DNA of 64,000 nucleotides. Origin: Antedon mediterranea (lineage: Eukaryota > Animalia > Echinodermata). The notes under the pieces were generated by a model. It saw only the letters and a program-made list of their open reading frames with translations, did not search any database and was not told the DNA's origin. This document shows positions 29,401-41,400 of this stretch, one piece after another. The position numbers and the translations under genes are program-made. Position 1 is the first letter of the stretch; every line of letters begins with the position of its first letter. The stretch spans positions 29,509,648 to 29,573,647 of the forward strand of contig NC_092673.1 of NCBI RefSeq assembly GCF_964355755.1. The letters are read 5' to 3'.

Positions 29401-32400
29401 TAGTTTTGTGTGCAGTTGTGATTCTGGTTTTGTGCTTAGCAATGATGGAATCACATGTACTGGTAAGTTATTGGTTTTGATTTGCGATGACCTACCTATG
29501 ACCTAGGAACTGGTTACAGCATGATAATTTCACTGTGAGCATGCGGGGACATTTGGACGTCTTTCTTCATTTGATTCCCCGATTTAGTTTCGGTGGATTC
29601 TAGGTCCAGAAGACCATTAACACAATATGTATAGGTCATATGTCATTTACTACAGTTTATACTAATGTGCAACCAAACTACCAAAGATTTTAAGAAGATG
29701 GGATTACTGTAGCTATCCTGAATTTTTCCAGTAAGAAAACATCCATTAGTTGATAGGAGAAATTCTAATATCTAGAAACAGACACTTAATATCTCTTGTA
29801 AAATATGAGGCCTGACATATTTACCGTTTTGTAAACTAACCACGAAACTTAAAAACATAAATGGAAAATGCTGTATTTTATCATTCTGACTAAATTGTTA
29901 GTTACTAAATGATGAACCTTGACATTTCAAATGATAACCTTTGACATTTCACCTCGTATAGCTTCCATGACGTGTTCAAGTACTACATGTGTCAATGGCG
30001 AATGTTATGTTGATGGCGGGGATGAATTATGTCGATGTAACAATGGATTTGAAACCGCTAATGCTACTTCATGCACAGGTAATATATTGGAATATGTCAT
30101 TTTAGGAGACACCACTAATTAGGGGAAACTTTCCTATGAACCTAATAAGTAACAGTATATATGTCTGAACAATACGGCCAACCCCTATTCAGAAGACACC
30201 CAATGAGGAAACTTGTTTTGGGTCCCAAAGGTGTCCACTTAATAATGGTTTTACTGTATTTATGAATCAAAATTAGAGGGTCAATGTGGTTTTCTTAAAA
30301 GGGATGGTCACTTCCGTAATATGGGCTATAGATTTGGCATTGTAAAAATAATTGTTATTGTCAAGAAATACATTTGAAAATTGAATGAAAAACATTCAGA
30401 CTCATTTGTGAGATCTTGCATATACATAATATAGTAATTTATGTTTTTAAAAATCTAATTTATCTTAGACATTAACGAATGCTCTAACAATGCTGATAAC
30501 AATTGTGATGTGACCAACGGTGGATGTAAAAATACCTCACCTTTTTATACCTGTACATGCAATAGTGGATATAGGATTATCGAAAACTCATTCACTTGTG
30601 AAGGTAAGTACACATTTTTTATCATTTTAATTTTAATGTTGCCTTTTAGGGAAAACTTTATGATATATAAGGTGAGTAAACCCAGAGTTCTCAACAGACA
30701 GCTTGCTAGTTTTTGAAATGAAATGAAAAGTATTGTTAAAAAGGGGTTCATGACTTATGAGCTTTCAGACTCTCTTGGACTCCAATATGGTAGTGATATA
30801 CCCAAATATGGTAGTGATATGACATCATCATGCCCATATATGGACACATAACATTTTTCTGTCACATAAAGTTTTATGTAGACAATGCAAAACTTAAGAT
30901 TATTTGTAAAATCAAGAACTCACTTGAAGCTTTTGAGAACCCCTTAAGCAATGCATCGTATATGCTATATATGGCATCATAATGAACTATTATATCTTAT
31001 ACAAAATTCAGATATTGATGAATGTGCAGAAGGATCACATGACTGTCATGACCATGCAACCTGCGTCAACACTGAGGGCGGTTTCAACTGCTCTTGTAAT
31101 GATGGTTTTACACAGGGATCTACAGATTGTGAAGGTAGTGTTTTTTCCAAATACATTAAAAGTACAATATATGTGTGAATGCAAGTTTAATTTATTATTT
31201 ATTTATTTATTTTACAAGAGCTGTATATTATTCAACTTTGTTTTACAAGAGCTGTACTACAGTAGTACAGCTGACTTGAAGAGGGCCTCTTAAAACTAAC
31301 AACATAAGGTTATACCAAAGAACTTATAACACAAGTTCTTCTGTTCTTCAATTTGCATTAAAAACACAGTATCGGAAGTACAGGGTTAAAAGGTCAAACT
31401 GGGCGACGCCATTTCATAGTATGGAGCAGCACCCTCTCCAAACTAGGAAGTCAAAACTATTATTTCCTATAGAGTGCACAGTCAATTACTCTATCCCCCT
31501 ATAGTATAGCAGATCCCCTCTACAGATTTTGACTTTCTAATTTGATGAGGGCGCTACTCCATGGCTCACAATGGCGCCACAAATTAGCTGTATTTTATCC
31601 TACAATGCCTTTCAAAATTGTTACACGCGTTGGACAAACAGGAGATTGTTGTGTTATAAACTTCTTTGGTTATAATGTGTAAAGCTTTTGTTATGATATT
31701 CAATTGATGTTAAATAGTAACATGATTAATACAAATGTATTTTTTTACAGACATCAACGAGTGTTCTGGTGTGAACAACTGTCATTCCAATGCAAATTGC
31801 ACTAACACAGATGGCTCTTATACATGTGCCTGTAACAGTGGATTTGTAGGCAGTGGCACTAGTTGTTTTGGTAAGATCAATATTATCAGTAGTATTAAAA
31901 TCATCCAGAACCAACATCATCCTCAGTATTGAAATCAATATCACAGATTGTAATTATCATTGAGAGAAATCATTACGAAAAAGATATATCATTAAAGATA
32001 TCACTCTTGTAGTATTTCACAAATGTAACAAAATTCAATGAATACGGGCTCAGTTTAAACGCAGATTAAGGCCAACAAGTAATATACAAATCACAAAGAA
32101 CCGGCATCCACAAAATCTTACCAAGTTTCAAACATTTGTTTGTCATTGTGTAGTGTAATGTAATTAAAAAAAACACATTAGAAATATATTCATATACAAG
32201 TATTACTGCTAGTGTGTTGTATCATTGTAGTCTATAACAGACATCAGTGAGACCTATAAAGATTGCCGTCTTGATATTATATCGATGAAACACGCAAATA
32301 CTTTCATACGTGTTACAAAGATTTTACATTTTGCAAGATTTGTGAATCACAGTCTATACACTCATGATGCTCACATGATATTGTAATGTCACAGTCTATA

Positions 32401-35400
32401 CACTCATGATGCTCACATGATATTGTAATGTCACAGTCTATAATACACTCATGATGCTCACATGATATTGTAATGTCACGGTCTATACACTCATGATGCT
32501 CACATGATATTGTAATGTCACAGTCTATACACTCATGATGCTCACATGATATTGTAATGTCACAGTCTATACACTCATGATGCTCACTTGATATTGTAAT
32601 GTCACAGTCTATACACTCATGATGCTGACATGATATTGTAATGTCACAGTCTATACACTCATGATGCTCCCATGATATTGTAATGTCACTGCAGGGAGGT
32701 ATACCTCCCTGGTCACATTGTAGTACTTTTTTTTGTACTTTTGATTGAAATATAAATTTAATGTTTACAGATATCATTGAGTGTGAAGATGAATCTGCAT
32801 GTCCTGGTGAGAACGTAGCTTGTGAAAATACTGTTGGTAGCTTCACATGTTCATGTATGGAAAACTACATGAAAGACAGCAACGATACATGCATAGGTAA
32901 AACCAATTTTACAAATACTTTCGAAAATATGTGACATATTTTAAATATACCATATATAAATAATAGAGATAACACAGATTTGTACTGTAGCTACACTGTT
33001 TACACCAATTCTAGCCCTAGTTTCAATTTCTTGGTTTGTTTGGGACACCCCTATATGTTATATGTTACAGTATATTGTATTTCCTGTTAAACAATAGAGA
33101 GGCAATAAATGTTTTGAAAATATAGGCAACCCCTATTCATGTGCACCCTATTAGGGGAACACCTTTGGTTTCTGAAGGTGTACCCATAACAGCTGTTCTA
33201 CTTGTATTTTAATAAAATATAAATTTGTATATCAAAATTCTTGCTAGATATCGATGAATGTGAAATGGAAGACCGATGCCCTACAAATGGAATGTGTGAA
33301 AACATGCCAGGTTCATTCACATGTACATGTAACCAAGGTTACCGTCTTGAATCAGGCAATTGTAGCGACATCAATGAATGCTTAGAGGCACTTGACGAGT
33401 GTCATTTTGACGCTGATTGTGAAAATACTGAAGGAGACTATGAATGCATGTGTCATGATGGTTTTACTGGAAATGGCTTCAGCTGCATGAGTAAGATTTT
33501 AACATATCTGGAATACTTGCAACCCAATTAGATACATCCTGAAGGATGAAACTAGTCAGCAATATAATAATTATAATAATAATAATAATAACGTTCAATT
33601 TATATTGCGCAAAATGTAGCATGTCTCTAAACGATGAACAATCAACAGAAAATGTAAAGAGCACAAAATTAATTTGTTGATGACTGTTTAATGTTACCCA
33701 TAACAACTAGTTACATCACAACAACTAGTTTGTGAAAACGACACTTCTCAATTAAAAGATTATTTTAGTGTGATATAATTTGTCTTTGCCCTGTTTTTGT
33801 TTAATTATTTCCTTTGTATTCCACAATGAATGTAAATAAGTTTTTGCAGGTAGGCAGTCATTTGTAATCTCCAATATTTCGCAAATATTATTCTATTCTA
33901 TTTTACATCTCATCAAATTTTCTTTTTACATATACATGAATACTGTATGTTGAGACTCAATACAGTTTGCCTTTAAGTTGCTAATATTGTCAATAAATGC
34001 TTCTTTTTTTTAGATATTGATGAGTGTGATATGGATTCTGATAATTGTGATGTAAATGCAGTATGTACAGACACAGCAGGTTCATTTAGATGTACTTGTC
34101 TTGATGGTTATATTGATCTTGATGGCACTGCTACAACAGGCCAATGTTCAGGTTTGTAGGATATCCATGCTAAAGCTCTGTCTACACTATCAAACTTTAT
34201 GTGACAAAAATAATGTGATGTGCCCGTATATGGACACGATGATGTCATATCACTACCACATTTTTTGTCAAACTAGTTTGATAGTGTAGACAGAGTTTAA
34301 GAATACAATTTAGTTCATTTCATTACTAATTAATTTTGTATTGGTTAAACACTAAGTTTTATTCTTTTAATCACTAATTTACAAACTTGTTGACTTGCTG
34401 ATTGTTTGACTCTATGGGCCTGTTCAGACTTAGATATTTACTCTTGTAAGTTACAGGTAGTTTCATTGGCCAGTTACCACTACCGTAACTTTGGTGAGTA
34501 GGTCATCAGCTTACTTGAGTTATTAACTAAGCCTGAATGGACTATGAATGACTGACGACACACAGGCTCATTGATTAACTGAACCAAGCATAGATTGATT
34601 GATTGGTTTGTTATTTCATTATTAATTTTCTATAAATGTTAATGTTATTTTAGATATTAATGAATGTACATTGAATATTGACAACTGTCATCAAAGAGCT
34701 ACTTGTAATAACACAAAAGGAAATTTCATGTGTCAATGTGATGCTGGATTTGAAGGAGATGGCGTACTCACATGTACAGGTATTAATCAACTTATTTTTT
34801 TTTATAAAGCTATCATATCATTTATTTTGACAAATTTTAAATGCAGTACAAAGTAAGACATAAAAACATTACAAAAGTAAATCAATTAGGCAAAATCACT
34901 TAAAAAGTTATAAATAAAAATTACCGTCGGGAGGCTCTCCATAAAATGAATTACATGCATAAAAGACATGAATTGTTTTGATGCATTTACTTTGTTTTAG
35001 GCCTGATGTCCATTAAGCAAATTTATTCGCAGGAATCAAAATATTAATATTTGCATCTACTTTTTGTGATATGAACAATTGCACAACCAGTCGTAACTCA
35101 GGAATGTAATGGAAAACTAACAATAGTACAATATTAGTAATACTATACTTAGTTTATTTTGTAACAATGCAGGATTATTTAATCCTTCACATTTCATCAC
35201 CCTGCTCATGATTACATTACATTTAGATGTGGATGAATGTACTAATTCATCGCCATGTGTTGGAGAACATGAAGTATGTACAAATTCAATTGGATCCTAC
35301 AGCTGTATGTGCGGAGATGGTTTCACAAGAATCGGTAATGATTGTGAAGGTAGGTATCTGTTTGAATACTTGTACTATAATAATTCATTCAACAAAGGTT

Positions 35401-38400
35401 ACTTATGAAGGTTACTTATTAAAGTTGTTTTATTATGTCTGAAACCTACCCAAACTTAAGGTAATATCTACACTATCAAACTAGTTTGACAACAAAATTG
35501 GTTGTATCCAAATATGGCAGTGATATGATGTCATTGTGTCCATATATGGCCACATCACACTTTTTTTGTCAAACTTTGATAGTGCAGACAGAGCTTTATA
35601 CTAGGGTGGGCGGGCTGGAATGGAAATGTTGATGATAGTATGATTATGGTGGAGTAAAAAATAAATGTTCTTAATGATGGAACCATATTAATTATTTTGA
35701 AAATACATTTTTTAGGAGCTGTAACTGCGTCTGTCACCTTATCTTTCCAATACATTGATGGTTCATTAGTAACTGCTACTTCAATGTTAACAGATGCAAG
35801 AAAAGAAGCTTTGGCCTTGGATGTGAGTAACTGAATAATCATTCAATAGGGAGCTTTTGATTTGCAACGACCTACCTTGGTCAGGTCAATTAATGTCTCG
35901 TCGGTTGTCACTTGGACCTAGAACTATCAAAACTTTGTTGAGGTGGAGAGTGAGGAAACACGATCCCTCTGACATATTTTGTTCAAAAGCTTCAAAGATT
36001 CTCTTGTATACGGTTTTTTTTCTTGCCATGACCAGACCTCAATCTTTCCACTTCTTGAAAACTCTCCAACTTGGTTAGACTTACCTGCAGTATAACAGAA
36101 AATATTTTTTGGTAGAAAAATCAATTTGTTGATGTAAGCCATTTGCGGTACACCACATATATTTAGTTCTGAAATAAACTAATGGGTTTCTCAACATTTT
36201 GATCAATATACGTTTATCGTCCTCAGGAGTAAGAATGAGATAAGAGAATTCTCAGTCCTGAGGACAATCAAAGTATATTGATCAAAACGTTGTTTTAGAA
36301 CTAAATATACATTTAGAATATGATATAATTATTATTTATTCAGCTTGAAGAATTATTGTTAAGCACAAGCCTGATGTCTAGCTTCCTTGATGCTCATGTG
36401 TTATCAGTTACTCCTAATGATATGTGTGACTGTTTAGCGATACAATTTAGAGTAGATTTTGAAGCTGGCACAATGGTGACCGATGAAGAGCTGGCTGACA
36501 TTGTCAATATGGCTATTGGCACTGATAATCAGTTTGCTAATAATGTTGTAGTAGGTATGTATATCTCCACTTCTCTTTTTCTTTTTTAATTTACATTTTA
36601 CTTTTAGATTTCCCAGGAAATTGGTATAACGTGGATGAGAACAGAGTAAAGGCTAGCAATGATGATGTCTTAAGCTCTGTCTACACTATCAAACTTTATG
36701 TGACAAAAAATGCGATGTGCCCACATATGGACACGGTGATGTTATATTACTACCATATTTGGGCACATCACACTTTTTGTCAAGCTAGTTATAGTTTAAA
36801 CAGAGCCTTAAGAGTGCTATTGACAGTGGCACATCTAATATCTAGGTCACAATTACACAACAAAACTCATGAATCACCACTTGATGATATTAATACTGTA
36901 TTGTTTTAATTGTAAGGCATGGATATAGCTACAACACCATCTGGAACAACATCTGGAACAACAGAAGAACAAACGTCTGTCGATTCAACTACTGCTGATG
37001 GTACAACATCTGAGAGTACCACACCTCCAAGCACAACATCACCAAGCACCACACCTACCGCAGGTACAGTTTAAAAAAATTGTTGTTCATTGTTTTTTGT
37101 TTAAAAAAAATGAAAGAAAAATAGTGTATTTCACTTCTTAAGTCATGCATACTTTTCACTTTACAGCTCAGAGTACCACAGCCCAGGGTACCACAGCCCA
37201 AAGTACCACAGCCCAAAGTACCACATCCCAACGTACCACATCCCAGGGTATCGCATCCCAAGGTACCACAGCCCAAGGTACCACACATCAGGGTACCACA
37301 CCTCAGGGTACCACACCTCAGGGTACCACAGCCCAAAGTACCACAGCCCAAAGTACCACAGCCCAAAGTACCACAGCCCAAAGTACCACAGCTCAGGATA
37401 CCACAGCTCAGGATACCACAGCTCAGGGTACCACAGCCCAAAGTACCACATCTCAAGGTAGATTTTTTTTTAATGTATAAATGCACTATCTATATACATG
37501 CACTATTTCTATGGCAGGTAGGTTTAATATATTAACTTAATTCATTGATCATCCATTAGGATGAACAAATTTCACCCTTAACACCTTAATTCATACATAA
37601 TTATAATGGATATCACATCGCTATAATTATATAAATACACTTTTACTATGACAGGAAGATTTAAGAGATTAACTTAATCCATTGATCATCAATTTGTATT
37701 AACAAATTTCACTCTTAACACCTTAATTCATACATAATTATAATAGATATCCCATCACATATTAATCCATATTTAATCTGGAGACTATATTATTCACTCA
37801 TTTTAACTATAAATGCATATATTGCTATGGCAGGTAAGTTATAAAAATGTTTTACTGTCTCTTTGTTCATTTTTGTTTGTTTGTCTACCATTTCATCTTT
37901 TTACTGCAATGAATTCCTGCAGTTGTTTGCGAGCATTGCTCATTGACATTAATTTCTTTTAAAAAACTAACATTCAATAATATGCAAATTTATCTATTGC
38001 AGCATTTTCACTGGGTGTTTTTTCTCTTTCTGTTTTGATTGATAAAGCTTGGTTCCCACAATGTGATGTAACGCCAGTGATGGACCATACGAATTGTCGC
38101 CTGTGATTGGTCAAATTTCTTGCTGTGCGGATACGTTCTTGCATTGCATCCAAGTGGGAACCAAGTTTAATTAAGCATCATTATAACTAAAAAATTTCAA
38201 TTCATATTATCATATTTATATATCTGCATATTTACCAGAATATTGTTTACTTCCCACAATGCAGTGTGTCAGCACATAATAATTCTTTATCACAATATTT
38301 ATTTCATAACTCATCTAACTAACACTATTTGGTTTACTAGATACCAGGTTGCAAAAGAAACTACGAATACCCATCACTAATATTAATGTTGTATTCGTTA

Positions 38401-41400
38401 ATTATGGACTATTAACTTGATTTAAAGGATCAAGTTATGTATATGATTGAAGGCTATCCTCTCTTAATGGCATAATGTTTAAATATCTGACTCATAGAGT
38501 ATCCACAATTTTGGTGTGTTATACGTACATAGCTCCTTTGAGGGTCCTATTTTCCAGTAGTATATTAATTGCTTTTTCTGTACTATTAGCTCCTGGAGTA
38601 ATCTACGAAGTGACCATTACAATTGTTGGTATTGATGGTAATGCAGATGACGCAGCATTTGATAACAGCCTTGCAGATGAAACCTCAGAAAGATACATTC
38701 AAATTGCTGGATATGCATGCTCAGCTGTAAGTGAAAAGAATTTCTTCTTCTCCTACCTTTTTCACTCTTTCTTCTATTTGTGTGTGTGTGTGGGGGTGGT
38801 TGGAGTGGTGTGGCGGAGAGGGATTGTGCGCTGATGGAGTATCAAAAAGACCACATTTTAATGGGATAATGACCGGAATTTGTACTAAGAAGGTTTTAAT
38901 CAAGGAAGAGTAAAATTCACTTTTCCTATTACAATTAAAAACTGCCCTGTACACTGAATTCAATCGGGCTAAGATTGATTATTTTTTACTTTCTCTAAGA
39001 ATTTTGAATTGATTAAAATATAAATAATAGTTTACTTAGACTGTCTCAACACATAACCTGTGAAACAATCTTTTTCTTTTTATTTAAAGATTGAATATGC
39101 CCTGAACACTGCATTTAATGACTATGTCAACTGTGAAGTGACAAGTTTGACAGATGGAAGCATTATAGCAGAAGCCAATGTAGGCTTTGTGACGAGCACT
39201 GATGTATCGCCCACCATGGTAGAAGAACAGTTGAAGACTGCTGCCGAGGAAGGCCTGCCTACATCTGATGATGGTGTTCTTTTAAATGTTGAAATATCAA
39301 GCATAACAGTTGATTTAGGTGAGTACATTTACACAATGCACTGTACATACAGAAAAATTATCTTTAAAGCTCTGTCTACACTATCAAATTTTATATGACA
39401 ACAAAATGTGATGTGCCCATATATGGACATGATGATGTCATGTTACTACCATATGTGGGCATACGACTACCATGTTTGGGAACATCACACTTTTTTGTCA
39501 ATCTAGAGCTTAAGATTACTGAGATTAATTTTAGAAAGTTGAGAAATCTGACATTTATGTTGAGAAAGAGATATATATACTATATGGGATCCTACATTCC
39601 TTTTTTAACCTTTCAAAGGTGGGTTCAACTAGGCTATAAATCTCTTTTAATGACATTAACATAACATAACATATTGAGACCATTTCCCAAATACAGCAGA
39701 TTTTTTAAAAAATTAATAACATAATGTTGTGCTTTGTTTTATGGTTCTATTAATTAGTGTAAATAATTTTTATTTCAATGATATTCAATCTAAAATAATA
39801 TTATATTTTAAATAAAATATCAATAAATAATTTAATTTTTTCCTTTTCTTTTTCCAGTACCAACAACAACAGAAGGTATGACAATTTAATTATCATTATC
39901 ATGCATTTATAGATCTCTTTTATTGATGTTAACATAACAAATATTGGGACCATAACAATAATTTCCCAAATACAGCAGAATGTTTTTGAGACTGATAACA
40001 TATTTGTGTGCTTTTTTTTATATTTCAATCACAATTCATAATGTTTTTTTGCTTCTATTATTTACTGAGAATAATTTTATTATATAATATATAATATTAT
40101 ATAATATATAATATTATATATATATATTATATATATATATTATATATTCAATGTAAAATATAATTATTTTGTAAGAATAATTTTATTTTTCCTTTCTTTT
40201 TTCAGTACCAACAACAAAAGGTATGACCTTTAAATTATCATTATTAGTAGTGCATTTTCAGAACCTTATATTCACCACATATTTAGCATACTAAATGTAT
40301 ATACATATTATGAAGTACTGTCCACCCAGGCAGCACTTGCCAGCTCTTATACTATGATGTTATCCAAATTCCTTCACTTGCACTGATGAAGGGCTATGTG
40401 TTGCCCGAAAGCTCTGCTAACTTTTCTGGCTGTTTTACTTATCGTTTTGATTTAGCTTTTCGCTTTTTTTTTGTATATCCATTGAGATCCAGCCACTGAT
40501 ACCCACAGCATTGTCATTTTTTCAGTAATTTGCCTTTGGATTCATATTATGAAGTACTAATATATTTTTTAAAATATTTAATAATTAATTCCTTCTTTTT
40601 TTCAGCACCAGGAATAGGTATGAACTTTGAATTAGTTAATTTATTTAATATATACGATTATTTAAAACATAAAAAAACACTACAATAACATTTGAAAAGA
40701 ATAATCAGCTGAGATTCAGCATAGCCAATGAAAGTCCTAATGTGAAACTTATTTCCAATTGAATCCTATTAACAACAAAAAAGCAAGCAAAAACAACAAT
40801 GGAAACACATACATAGATAATATGGGACATATTTAATCATTTTTAAGAAATTCTATTTCTAATTTATTATTAACTATTTTTTATCTTATCAGATACTGTT
40901 GTAATTATTATAATTGTGGCATCAGCAATTGGGGTGTTCCTCTTTGTGTTAGTGTTAATGTTATGCATTATGGGTGCTGCACTTCGTAGAAGAAGACATC
41001 TTCATGCAAGACCATTCTCCAAATATCCCACACCACCTGGAATATATGCCAGTAGGGTTGTACACAATCCTTTGGGCGTGAAATACGATGATGTAGATAG
41101 CTTCTATGAAACGGAGAGCGTAACAAGCAGTGAGGAGAGTCGAATGCGACATATGGCTAATGTTATACGGAATGCTCCAAGGATTGAGGTTAGTACAGAC
41201 CCCACAATTCTCCTGATAGTTGCAAGAGTTCTTGGATACTGAAGCCTGTTTTCCTGTCGACGTTATTCGATGCTGTCGTCGTTGATCGTTCAACGACGAC
41301 AGCATCGAATAATGTCGACAGGATCAACGACGATCATTTGAAAACGATCAAGTTGAAATGATGACAATATGGGGTACCTTTTCCAGTAAATCATTTACAT

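Noticed and set aside
32313-32846. Minus-strand Cys/His-rich ORF ([14 protein letters not shown])n resembling a metal-binding protein
   Set aside because: Translation of an intronic 42-bp minisatellite joined to the antisense of an EGF exon; no independent gene signals.
25397-35349. Fibrillin, LTBP or Notch assignment for the EGF array
   Set aside because: No 8-Cys TB, LNR or ankyrin domains; flanked by VWD, SEA and TM exons.
37055-37486. Minus-strand (CGTLG)n and (WYFGL)n ORFs
   Set aside because: Antisense shadows of the AQSTT mucin exon.
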